This document shows, one piece after another, positions 30,152 through 39,149 of a stretch of 64,000 nucleotides of DNA. The position numbers and the translations under genes are program-made. Every line of letters begins with the position of its first letter. The first letter of the stretch is position 1. The stretch comes from Omnitrophica WOR_2 bacterium RIFCSPHIGHO2_02_FULL_50_17 (GTDB lineage Bacteria > Omnitrophota > Gorgyraeia > Zapsychrales > Zapsychraceae): contig MHGQ01000049.1 of assembly GCA_001805645.1 (NCBI GenBank), positions 66,216 through 130,215 of the forward strand, in the 5' to 3' direction. The notes under the pieces are model-generated. The model did no database searches. It worked only from the letters and a program-made list of their open reading frames with translations, and was not told the origin of the DNA.

Positions 30152-30690
30152 ATGAGCTCCAAACTATCCGCGTTCTCGATCACTTCCAGATCCTCAAAAA
30201 AATCTATGTCCTGAATAATGTCAAAATTTTCGGCCAGCTCGATGTCTTCGGCCGCCCCCAGAGAAGGATGGTCGAAGACCATCTCCAGTTCCTCCTGGTT
30301 CAAGTTGGCGGCCAGATCCTGCGCCTCCCGCATCTGCCAGTAATTGCGCAAAGAAAAAATCCCGGTAAAAACCAGGACGCAAACCGCGGCGAAGACAGGC
30401 GCTAAGCGTTTCCTGCGCAAGCCCTCAAGTGATTCCTGGATCCCCCGCGCGACCCTTTCCCTCCATGGCCGCTGAAGGGAAACCCTAGTCCAAAAGCGGG
30501 AGACATAGCCGGGGGACGGCTCAATGTTTTGCCACTCTCCCAGCATCTTCCACGAGCGTTCCAGGGCATGGAGTTCCTTCTGGCAGGCCGCGCAGGACGC
30601 CAGATGCTCTTTAACGGCCATGGTCTCTTGCGGGTCCGATTCACCGTCTAAATAAACAGGGATGAGTTTTTTTATCTCAACACAGCGCAT
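30148..30690 (-). CDS. Zinc-binding anti-sigma factor (zf-HC2), single TM helix
   Basis: MRC...YLDGE...HLASCAAC motif, TM helix and acidic tail. SD GGGAGG before ATG 30690. Confidence 0.9.
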   Translation of the reverse strand: MRCVEIKKLIPVYLDGESDPQETMAVKEHLASCAACQKELHALERSWKMLGEWQNIEPSPGYVSRFWTRVSLQRPWRERVARGIQESLEGLRRKRLAPVFAAVCVLVFTGIFSLRNYWQMREAQDLAANLNQEELEMVFDHPSLGAAEDIELAENFDIIQDIDFFEDLEVIENADSLELI

Positions 30691-30711
30691 TTTTGTCCCT
30701 CCCACATTTAT

Positions 30712-30737
30712 AACACATCGCCTATTCAAAAGTTTCG
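30712..30737 (-). promoter_or_regulatory. Putative ECF promoter, copy 2 (overlaps the sigma gene 3' end)
   Basis: CGAAACTTTTG-N9-TGTGTT upstream of the anti-sigma gene. Confidence 0.65.
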
Positions 30738-31336
30738 GCGGGCGTTAATTTATTTTTAAGGTTCTCTTTGGCCCGGCTCAGAAGCGATTTGACCGCCTTA
30801 ACCGATAGGCGCATGGTCTGAGCAATCTCCTCATAGGAAAACTGTTCGTACCGGCGCAAAATCACGGCCATACGCTGGTTCTGCGGCAAAGAGTCAATGG
30901 CCTCCCGCACCGCCGCCGCGGCCTCCTCGCGCAATATCTGTTCATCCGCCCGCGGGGCCGCTGTATCCTCTATTTGTCTCTCCATCGGGCCGTCATCGGA
31001 TACAAAAGGATCATCGAGGGAAACAGCTATTTTTTTATGATGCCTCAGCTCATTAAGGCTGATATTCTTTGCGATGGTATAAATCCATGTCTGAAACTTG
31101 GATTTTGGCCGATACCGCGACGCCGCATGGTAGACCTTCAGAAAAACCTCCTGGGTTAAATCCTCAGCGATTTCCCGGCGGCCGACAAACCGAAAGATAA
31201 AATTGAAAAGACGGGGATAATATTTGTGCATGAGGGTCTCAAAGGAACGATTATTGCCCCCTTGCACCTCAAGCATTAAACGGACATCAGGGTCATCCAG
31301 GAAGGGATTGGGTTTATCCACAAAGAGCATGATCAA
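30722..31336 (-). CDS. ECF sigma-70 factor (SigW/RpoE-like)
   Basis: AEDLTQEVFLKVY, FQTWIYTIAKN and SYEEIAQTM...VKSLLSRAK motifs. Confidence 0.94.
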   Translation of the reverse strand: MIMLFVDKPNPFLDDPDVRLMLEVQGGNNRSFETLMHKYYPRLFNFIFRFVGRREIAEDLTQEVFLKVYHAASRYRPKSKFQTWIYTIAKNISLNELRHHKKIAVSLDDPFVSDDGPMERQIEDTAAPRADEQILREEAAAAVREAIDSLPQNQRMAVILRRYEQFSYEEIAQTMRLSVKAVKSLLSRAKENLKNKLTPAETFE

Positions 31337-32480
31337 GATCGTTAATCAAATCCTGCACACCTTCGATACCGGCCGAGATGCGGATTGTCTCCGGGGTAAT
31401 ACCGGAGGTCTTTAAAGCCGCCTTCCCCATGGAGGCATGGCTCATCGAATAAGGGTGTTCGACGAGAGATTCCACCCCGCCTAACGATTCGGCCAAAGAA
31501 AAATATTTTAACTTGCGGAAGAACGCATCCAGCGGGACGTTCTGCGTATCCAGCTCAAACGATACTATCCCGCCGAAACCTGTCATCTGCTTTTTAATGA
31601 GGGCGTACTGAGGATGACTCTGGAGTCCTGGATAATAGACCTTCTTGACAGATTTATGTTTCTCTAAGAATTGGGCAATTGTCCTGGCATTGGCCTGATG
31701 GGCTTCCATGCGCTGAGCCAGGGTCTTCACCCCGCGTAAAACCAGCCAGGCATCAAAGGGGGCCTGCGAGACGCCGAGGGCGTTAATGAGAAAGCGCCCT
31801 TTTCTCTCCAGCTCCTTGTTCCCGTAAACAAGGGCGCCGCCCACGACATCGCTGTGACCGTTCAGATATTTGGTCGTTGAATGCATCACCATGTCCGCTC
31901 CGAATTCAAAGGGCTTTTGAAAATACGGCGAGAGAAACGTGTTATCAACAACCGTCAAAATATCTTTCTTGCGGGCAAGAGCAATAACCGCCTCCAAATC
32001 CACAATGTTTAAAAGCGGGTTGGAGGGCGTCTCAATCCAGACCATCTTTGTTTTTTTCGTCAAGGCCTTGCGAAGTGTGTTCGGATCGCGCATATGGACA
32101 AAATGGAAATCAATTCCCCAAGAGGAAAAAACCTGGTCAAAGAGCCGGTAGGTCCCGCCGTAGATATCATCACCGGTAATCACATGATCCCCCGGCTTTA
32201 AAAAAAACAGGGCGGTCGTTATAGCCGCCATGCCGGTGGCCGTGGCCGAGGCCCCCACACCGCCTTCTAAAGAGGCGATGTTTTCCTCAAGGGCTGTCCG
32301 GGTCGGATTGCCGCTTCGGGTATAATCATAGCCCTTATTCTTTCTCAAGGCATCGAAATAAAACGTAGATGTGGGATAAATCGGGGTTGTAACGGAATTG
32401 TAACTGGCATCTTTGTAGACACCCGTGTGAACGGCTCTTGTGCGGATATCTTTTTTATCCCGCTGTAGAGGCATATTCAT
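31314..32480 (-). CDS. Cystathionine gamma-synthase/lyase family PLP enzyme
   Basis: YTRSGNPT, ETPSNP, HSTTKYLNGHSD and AESLGGVESL motifs. Confidence 0.93.
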   Translation of the reverse strand: MNMPLQRDKKDIRTRAVHTGVYKDASYNSVTTPIYPTSTFYFDALRKNKGYDYTRSGNPTRTALEENIASLEGGVGASATATGMAAITTALFFLKPGDHVITGDDIYGGTYRLFDQVFSSWGIDFHFVHMRDPNTLRKALTKKTKMVWIETPSNPLLNIVDLEAVIALARKKDILTVVDNTFLSPYFQKPFEFGADMVMHSTTKYLNGHSDVVGGALVYGNKELERKGRFLINALGVSQAPFDAWLVLRGVKTLAQRMEAHQANARTIAQFLEKHKSVKKVYYPGLQSHPQYALIKKQMTGFGGIVSFELDTQNVPLDAFFRKLKYFSLAESLGGVESLVEHPYSMSHASMGKAALKTSGITPETIRISAGIEGVQDLINDLDHALCG

Positions 32481-32854
32481 CCTATCAACTGCTCAACCTT
32501 GGCCTTCAGCACATTATTATCAAACGGCTTCTGCAGCGTATCCTCAACGCCCATTCTTTTGATCTCCCCTTGATTCGCCGCATTGATAACGGCCGAAACA
32601 ACCAGGATCTTAACTCCCTTATTGTCTGGGTCATTACGAATAGCTGTGCACAATTTATAGCCGTCCACCCGCGGCATCCGTAAGTCCAAGATCACCAAAT
32701 CGGGTTTGCCTTCCATGAAATATTGCACGGCCTCAAGACCGTCGTAGGCCACCTTAAGATCGTATTTATTCTCTAGGCTCAACGTCCGCTTGATCGCCTT
32801 GGCCATGGCCTCGTCATCATCAACAATTAAAATCTTCTTTTGATCCCCACCCAT
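32477..32854 (-). CDS. Single-domain response regulator
   Basis: ILIVDDD, LDLRMP and KPF motifs. Confidence 0.9.
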   Translation of the reverse strand: MGGDQKKILIVDDDEAMAKAIKRTLSLENKYDLKVAYDGLEAVQYFMEGKPDLVILDLRMPRVDGYKLCTAIRNDPDNKGVKILVVSAVINAANQGEIKRMGVEDTLQKPFDNNVLKAKVEQLIG

Positions 32855-32886
32855 TTCAGTATCCCCCCAAATGTTCTCAGCCGGTT

Positions 32887-33894
32887 TTAGTTCACCTGCA
32901 GCACCATCCGGTAACGGGCCTTCCCCTGCCGAACTTTCTCGACAGCCGTGTTGACCTCCTTTAAAGGAAGCACCTCTGTTTGGGCCCGGATATTATGGCG
33001 GGCAACAAAGGCAAGCATATCCCTGATTAAGGACGGGCTTCCGATCACGCTGGCGATCACCCCCTTCTGCCCCGAGATGATAGCGCCGGCAGGGACTTCC
33101 AGCGGCTCAGGGACAGCCCCGACGACAATGAGCCGGCCGTTGGGTCTGAGCATACTCAGATACATCGCCCAGTCCAGATTGACATTTACGGTCGTCAAGA
33201 GAAAATCAAAACGGCGTTTCAACTTTTCCAGCCACGATTTATCTGTACTGCTTACGAAATAATCCGCTCCCAACTGCTTGGCCTCTTGGACCTTATCCGG
33301 CGTATGCGAAAAAGCCGTGACCTCACATCCCATGCCATGGGCGAATTGAAGGGCAAAATGCCCCAGGCCCCCTATCCCGATGACCCCGACCTTATCGGCT
33401 GCCTTGACAAGCCGGCGCAACGGCGAATAGACGGTTATCCCGCCGCAAAGAAGCGGGGCCGCCGTTTGAGAATCTATCTCCTCCGGAATCGGAAAAGCGA
33501 AGCGGCTGTCGACCATCACCTTCTCGGCAAATCCGCCGTAGTGCCCGACGGCCGTCGCCACATCATCGGCGCACAAGTTCTCTTCGCCTCTTAAACACCA
33601 CTCACAACGCATACAGCTTCCCGCCTGCCAGCCCACCCCGGCACGCTGTCCGATCTTTAAATCTTTAACATCCTGGCCGATGCGCTCAACTGTCCCGACG
33701 ATCTCATGCCCCGGCACAAGGGGATATTGACTGATCTGCCAGTCATTATCAATAAGATGAATATCGCTGTGGCAAATTCCGCAGTGGGAAATCTTAATAA
33801 CAGCCTCCATCGGCCCTAACTGCTTAGGCTCCTCATAGCGAAATTCCCTTAATTTCTCCCCGGCCTTATAGACGGCATAACAGCGGATACCCAT
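32887..33894 (-). CDS. Zn-dependent NAD(P) alcohol dehydrogenase (CAD/Ahr-like)
   Basis: CGICHSD, GHEIVG, LLCGGITVY and GIGGLG motifs. Confidence 0.93.
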   Translation of the reverse strand: MGIRCYAVYKAGEKLREFRYEEPKQLGPMEAVIKISHCGICHSDIHLIDNDWQISQYPLVPGHEIVGTVERIGQDVKDLKIGQRAGVGWQAGSCMRCEWCLRGEENLCADDVATAVGHYGGFAEKVMVDSRFAFPIPEEIDSQTAAPLLCGGITVYSPLRRLVKAADKVGVIGIGGLGHFALQFAHGMGCEVTAFSHTPDKVQEAKQLGADYFVSSTDKSWLEKLKRRFDFLLTTVNVNLDWAMYLSMLRPNGRLIVVGAVPEPLEVPAGAIISGQKGVIASVIGSPSLIRDMLAFVARHNIRAQTEVLPLKEVNTAVEKVRQGKARYRMVLQVN

Positions 33895-33909
33895 AAAAAT
33901 AGCCCCTCG

Positions 33910-34977
33910 CTAAAACCACTTCTTTCTTTTGAAATAAATAAGCATAAAGACGCTGAGGGCGGCCATAAAAGACAAAAGCGCAAAATAGCCGTACCGCCAC
34001 TTCAATTCCGGCATATACTCGAAGTTCATGCCGTAAATACCCGCTAGAAAGGTGAGGGGAATAAAAAAAGCGGAAAACATCGTCAACACCTTCATCACCT
34101 CATTCATGCGGTTGCTGACGCTGGAGAGATACACATCATGCATGGCCGAAAGAGACTCCCGGAAGGCGTCAATGGTGTCATTGATCTGGATCGTATGGCC
34201 GTAAACGTCGCGCAGATATATCTGGGTGGTTTTCGTCACTAAACGCGGCTCATCCCTCAGGAGGCTGTTAATCACATCCCTTAATGGCCACATCTGCCTA
34301 TGCAGGAAGATCATATTCTTTTTCAGTCTGTGAATCTCAACCGGCATCTCCCGGCGGATGCCGCTCATCAATTCCGCCTCCAGCGAATCAATGCGATCCC
34401 CCAGCCTCTCCAGGATAACAAAGTAATAATCGGCAATCTCATCTATCAGGGAATAAGCCAGGTAATCGGCGCCCTCTTTACGGATGCGTCCCTTGGCGCT
34501 GCGAAGGCGCTCGCGCACGCCGTCAAAGACATCGCCGGGCCGTTCCTGTTCCTGAAAAGAAATAACAAAATTCTCCCCCCACAGTAAACTCACCTGCTCC
34601 GAAAAAATATCGCTGCCGTCCCCGTTAAAATAAATCATCCGCAGCACCAGAAAGACATGGTCTCCGTGATCCTCCGCCTTGGGCCGCTGATGGGTATCGA
34701 TGATATCCTCCAAAACCAAGGGATGTATGCCTAAATGGGTGTCAATTTTCTGGATGACGTCCTCATCGCATCCGTCAATGTTAATCCATGTCACGCCCTC
34801 TTTGCCGCGTAAGGGGAAGCACTCCTCAATTGTCTGCGCCTCTTTTTCCTGGAAGGAGTCGGCCGTCCAATCCATGACACTGATCTTGACGACCTTAGAT
34901 TTTCGCTCCAGGGTCGGCGTTAACACCTTACGGGGAAACCCCGCTTTCTTTATCTGTCTATACAGTTTCGGCGTCAT
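33910..34977 (-). CDS. corA: Mg2+/Co2+ transporter CorA
   Basis: YGMNF..MPEL signature and two C-terminal TM helices. Confidence 0.95.
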   Translation of the reverse strand: MTPKLYRQIKKAGFPRKVLTPTLERKSKVVKISVMDWTADSFQEKEAQTIEECFPLRGKEGVTWINIDGCDEDVIQKIDTHLGIHPLVLEDIIDTHQRPKAEDHGDHVFLVLRMIYFNGDGSDIFSEQVSLLWGENFVISFQEQERPGDVFDGVRERLRSAKGRIRKEGADYLAYSLIDEIADYYFVILERLGDRIDSLEAELMSGIRREMPVEIHRLKKNMIFLHRQMWPLRDVINSLLRDEPRLVTKTTQIYLRDVYGHTIQINDTIDAFRESLSAMHDVYLSSVSNRMNEVMKVLTMFSAFFIPLTFLAGIYGMNFEYMPELKWRYGYFALLSFMAALSVFMLIYFKRKKWF

Positions 34978-34982
34978 CTATT

Positions 34983-35516
34983 CTACTCATTGGGGAAGAT
35001 ACCCTCGCTGACGGATCGCACGTCTTCAATGGTATAAAACGCCTTTGGATTGAACCGCTTGATGATATTTAAGACCTTCATCAAATCCGAACGCTTGATA
35101 ATGGTAAAAATCATATGCACCTTGCCCGTGCTGCCCTGAGCCTCCATGCTTGTGACGCCGTAGCCTTCCGCTTTCAGATAATTGATCAATTCCGCAACCT
35201 CTTTCTTTGTGATGACACGGATGACCTGTGTCCCGATAGCCAGCCTGTCCTCAATCAGCATCCCCACGAAAGTCCCGATGCTGAAACCGCCGGCGTAGGC
35301 GACATAACAAACGACATTGGTAAGATTCAATGATATCTGACGGATGGCCAAGAGCCAGATAAGCACCTCAAAAAATCCGATGAGGGAGGCGATATAGCGC
35401 TTGCCCTTGGAAAGAAGGATAATCCTGACCGTACTCATGGAGACATCGCATGCTCTCGCCAGGAATATCAAAAAAGGCAGGATCCCCCATTTGAAAAGGG
35501 GGGCATCGATTAACAT
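34983..35516 (-). CDS. DUF2179/UPF0316 membrane protein
   Basis: DVSMSTVR, GFFEVLIW, YAGGF, GYGVT and PKAFYTIED motifs. Confidence 0.85.
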   Translation of the reverse strand: MLIDAPLFKWGILPFLIFLARACDVSMSTVRIILLSKGKRYIASLIGFFEVLIWLLAIRQISLNLTNVVCYVAYAGGFSIGTFVGMLIEDRLAIGTQVIRVITKKEVAELINYLKAEGYGVTSMEAQGSTGKVHMIFTIIKRSDLMKVLNIIKRFNPKAFYTIEDVRSVSEGIFPNE

Positions 35517-35598
35517 AAAGATCTCCTCTTAACCGTCCTGGGAGGCAGCCGATTGACCGGCCAGCAACACCACATCTGCTGCGTTGTCCAGCGCAATA

Positions 35599-35889
35599 TT
35601 ACGACACAGAAGCCTTTTCCTGAGAAGAAGCGAGATTTCCCCTCATTAATACGGCCCGAGGGGAAGTGGAGTCCTTGGAAGAGACGGAAGACGCTTCTTT
35701 GTTATACACAATTCTCCCCTCGGCGATTTCTTCCAAGGCAATCGTTGTCACCTTATCGGAAGACGGCTTCCGCATTAAAGAAGGCCTTCCCTCGGAAAGT
35801 TCCAAGGCCCGCCTGGCGGCCATACGGGTAAGCCTATAAACACTGCCGCCCGCCTTCGGCAATAATTCCTCGATAAAAAAATGTTTCAT
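35599..35889 (-). CDS. rpoZ: RNA polymerase omega subunit-like protein
   Basis: GSVYRLTRMAARRALEL...KVTTIALEEIAEGRI matches the omega pattern. Confidence 0.75.
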   Translation of the reverse strand: MKHFFIEELLPKAGGSVYRLTRMAARRALELSEGRPSLMRKPSSDKVTTIALEEIAEGRIVYNKEASSVSSKDSTSPRAVLMRGNLASSQEKASVS

Positions 35890-36377
35890 GGAATTTTATT
35901 CTCCAGTAATTGCTGTTGTGTCTCCCCTGCTTCGAGATCCAATCCTTCCTCCTCATCCCACTCATACGTATCCATCTTGGCAACGGTCACGGCCTTTTTC
36001 TGGCCGTTCTCTTCCTTGTAGAAAACCTCCACCTCCTCGTCCGCCGCAATCTCATCCAGGGACTTAAAATTCTCAAAGACAGTCTCAGCGCTAATCATAT
36101 AAATCACTTCGCGTTCGATTTCTTCTTCCCCCTCGTAATCGGCTTCGCTTAAAGTGATCTGATCAACCGCCGCCTTCACCGCCTTCCCAAAAGTATAATG
36201 GATCTCCTCTTCTCCAAAACTCATTGCCGGAGAAAAAGAAAAACTCATTAAGACAATCCCGCAAATGGGAAAGACAAGACTCCCTTTTATTTCTTTTGAA
36301 ATCTTCTTGCCCCATGATGCTATTTCCATTTCATGCCCCTCCTTCTCATTGACCGTTTTTCCTATCAAGCGAGACAA
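35886..36377 (-). CDS. Hypothetical exported acidic protein
   Basis: Hydrophobic signal-like segment followed by a Glu-rich domain; ATGA overlap with the omega gene. True start is probably downstream of 36377. Confidence 0.7.
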   Translation of the reverse strand: MSRLIGKTVNEKEGHEMEIASWGKKISKEIKGSLVFPICGIVLMSFSFSPAMSFGEEEIHYTFGKAVKAAVDQITLSEADYEGEEEIEREVIYMISAETVFENFKSLDEIAADEEVEVFYKEENGQKKAVTVAKMDTYEWDEEEGLDLEAGETQQQLLENKIP

Positions 36378-36379
36378 CG

Positions 36380-36925
36380 TTATTTCCCCTCATCCAAAAT
36401 CTTCCGGATTTTTTCATGCAAAGGCACCGGGCCAGAGGATGTTTTCTTGCCCCTCAGATCACCCTTATAGACATCCGCCGCCTTGTATTTCGTCTTATCC
36501 GTGCGATCTGTTTCCCGCACAGAGGTGTCCGCACCAGCGGCCTCCACCGGCTTCACTTCGTTTAAAACCCTTTGAACTGTTTCTAATACCTTTTCTTTAT
36601 TAAACGGTTTTGTAATAAAACAGGAGACCCCCGTTATGGCAACCAATTCTTTCATCTCCTCGCGGGAGGTTATAACAATAATAAAAATATTTGTGAAAGA
36701 AGCATCGTTCTTAATCTCTTGAATCAACTGAAACCCGTCCATCTCGGGCATCATCATGTCGGTAATCACCAAATCCGGGTTATGCTGCTTAATCATGGCA
36801 AGGGCCTCAACGCCGTTCGTGGCGGCTATAATATTCGTAAAGCCGCCCTGGCTGAGCGTCTCGGATAAAATCAACCGAACGATTTTGTCATCGTCCACAA
36901 TCAAAATTTTCGGATTCTTCTCCAT
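36380..36925 (-). CDS. Response regulator receiver with C-terminal extension
   Basis: ILIVDDD, TDMMMPEMDG and TKPF motifs; no recognisable output domain. Confidence 0.88.
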   Translation of the reverse strand: MEKNPKILIVDDDKIVRLILSETLSQGGFTNIIAATNGVEALAMIKQHNPDLVITDMMMPEMDGFQLIQEIKNDASFTNIFIIVITSREEMKELVAITGVSCFITKPFNKEKVLETVQRVLNEVKPVEAAGADTSVRETDRTDKTKYKAADVYKGDLRGKKTSSGPVPLHEKIRKILDEGK

Positions 36926-36954
36926 AACAAAAATCCCCAAGAACAAACCATTTT

Positions 36955-38379
36955 TTATTCTAAACCGACCCGTATCCTATAAGCAACCTTAACCTCCTCG
37001 TCTTTTAAAACAGGCACATCGAAACGGATCGTCCAGGCATCGAGTTTTTGAAAGGCGTGGCTTCGCTCAACAACCTGCCAATTCCCATACAGCGGCTCGA
37101 TAATACCGACGACGATGTCCTCTTCTTTGTGATTGCGCAGCGTCACCTCCCAGGCGGTCTCATAAAGCTGGGTCGTCAATTGTTTGAAATCGGTCTGACG
37201 GCGCTCCGCCACCACATCAAAGGCCTCGCCGACCTTGACCTTGACCTCTTCGTCTTTGGGGGTATGCTCGATCCGGTCTTCCCCCGCAAACTGCAGACTC
37301 TTTTGAGAATCTTCCTTGTAAAGACGCAGCACCCCGGCCGGAAGCGGCATGCCCAGATGGTTTTCTTCTGAATTCTTAAACTTCACATACACCGAGACCG
37401 GCTGCTTGGGATTTTGAGGACGGTAATACTGCGTAAAGAAGCTTTGGACGCCATAAACAAGGAGTTCTTTTTCGGCCTTGATGCCCGCGGCCTCCAGCAA
37501 ACTGATCTGCTTGGTCTGTTTATCCTTGATCGTGGTCTTTCTCTGCAAATCATAGATGTGATATTCAAAGAATCCTTCTTCGGCAAACTGAGGAGCCTTG
37601 GCCTCGGCCATCATTGCCATTCCAAGCTTATAATTCATCCGGCCCATCGGCGCCTGGACTCTTTGCACCTCGCCGGCGACCAGTTTCAGCTTCGCATTTT
37701 CATAAGCGGCCCCGCTTTTATTATCGATCGTCACCCAGCCGGATAAATCACCGCCCGTGTCCTCTTGATTCAAGACAAAAACATAATCCGCGGCCCACGA
37801 GATGTTATTCGTTAAATAGGAGACCTCAATCTCGTGGGGCTCGTCAGCCTCATTGGCATACAGCCACATCAAGGTAGGCTTGGCAATCAGGTTCTCAGGC
37901 AGTTCCGGCAAGACTTTATAGCCTGGATGCCCCAAATAAATCTCGTTATCAATCTTAAAAACCGGATTATTGTCATTATTGCTGATAAGCGCCGCCTCGA
38001 CAATCTCTTTGCGATCCTGAAACTGGTTCCAGTCAATCAGCTTAATTTTCCTGCCCACATATTTATCTAAGAGCTTACCGTAGTTCATGAGATCGTATTC
38101 ATAGTTCTGTTCCATGACCTGAAATGCTTCAGGGTTACTCAAGGACTTCACATGGACTGTCACCGGCATAATATAGGAAGCCACATCCATAAACCTTAGT
38201 TCTCCCTCGCCGGAAGGAAGGGCGATACGCCGCGTATCTTTGATAAGACCAAGGTTATTGTTATAAACGGTAACATCGATCTTTGTTTGATCCTTCTGGG
38301 TGCTCTTAACCGCATCCTGCGCAGATACACTTGTCCCCGAAAAGAGTGCCATCCCTAAAACGATAATACCGATACGCAT
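36955..38379 (-). CDS. DUF4139 domain secreted protein
   Basis: Signal peptide; VTVYNNN, EQNYEYDL, ISWAADY and LGMPLPAG motifs. Confidence 0.85.
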   Translation of the reverse strand: MRIGIIVLGMALFSGTSVSAQDAVKSTQKDQTKIDVTVYNNNLGLIKDTRRIALPSGEGELRFMDVASYIMPVTVHVKSLSNPEAFQVMEQNYEYDLMNYGKLLDKYVGRKIKLIDWNQFQDRKEIVEAALISNNDNNPVFKIDNEIYLGHPGYKVLPELPENLIAKPTLMWLYANEADEPHEIEVSYLTNNISWAADYVFVLNQEDTGGDLSGWVTIDNKSGAAYENAKLKLVAGEVQRVQAPMGRMNYKLGMAMMAEAKAPQFAEEGFFEYHIYDLQRKTTIKDKQTKQISLLEAAGIKAEKELLVYGVQSFFTQYYRPQNPKQPVSVYVKFKNSEENHLGMPLPAGVLRLYKEDSQKSLQFAGEDRIEHTPKDEEVKVKVGEAFDVVAERRQTDFKQLTTQLYETAWEVTLRNHKEEDIVVGIIEPLYGNWQVVERSHAFQKLDAWTIRFDVPVLKDEEVKVAYRIRVGLE

Positions 38380-38396
38380 AAAATCCCCTTTCTCCT

Positions 38397-39083
38397 TCAT
38401 GCAGATATGGTTCCGGTTATGCATAAATGCCGGTCACTGACGGCTCTAACCGAAAGACCACCCAGTTTAGCCTTCTTAAGTTGGTCATGTATCTCTCTGA
38501 CCTCAAAAGCGGCTAAAAAAGAATTATAAAAATCTTGGTTAAATACATCCGAATCGCTCGTCGAGTATTTTGCCACCAATGCCCTGGCTTCCTGAGTTGT
38601 CTTCGGGCGCATTAAATCCATCACAAAAATACGGCTCCCTTTCTGAGAGTACTGTTTGATTGTCTGCCAAAATGCCGCAGGACGGCGCATATGATGCAGG
38701 ACACTGTTACTAATAATGATATCATATTCGTCTGTAGGAAGAGATAATTGGGGCAAGATGCCTTTGAAAAGCTGGATGCGATCAGAAACCTCGCTGGAGG
38801 CTACATTTTTTTTCCCATAAGACAACATGGCCTCTGACCCATCCACGCCATGAACGATACACCGAAGGAATGTCCGCGCAAACCGGACAGCGATATTTCC
38901 CGGGCCGCACCCTAAATCGAGGACATAACCGCAAATATCCTGGCCGAAACTTTCCTGAAACTGCCGCATAAAAAAATCGCGTGCTTTTTCAAAATCACCC
39001 TCGACATAGGCCTTGACCTGCCTTATATCCGCCATGAGTTCGAGTTCGTGCCTGCGTCGCATTATAAGGCGACATTGTAACAT
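38397..39083 (-). CDS. Class I SAM-dependent methyltransferase
   Basis: VLDLGCGPG, GVDGSEAML and SNSVLHH motifs. Confidence 0.88.
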   Translation of the reverse strand: MLQCRLIMRRRHELELMADIRQVKAYVEGDFEKARDFFMRQFQESFGQDICGYVLDLGCGPGNIAVRFARTFLRCIVHGVDGSEAMLSYGKKNVASSEVSDRIQLFKGILPQLSLPTDEYDIIISNSVLHHMRRPAAFWQTIKQYSQKGSRIFVMDLMRPKTTQEARALVAKYSTSDSDVFNQDFYNSFLAAFEVREIHDQLKKAKLGGLSVRAVSDRHLCITGTISA

Positions 39084-39149
39084 AATTTAAAGAAAAGCGG
39101 AAAGGAAATATCTTCGGCCGATGGGAAGGCAAATGACAGCGGCCAAGGT

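Noticed and set aside
35517-35598. Possible Mg2+/metal riboswitch upstream of DUF2179-corA
   Set aside because: The spacer is about 80 nt with weak hairpins, too short for an M-box and without a recognisable consensus.
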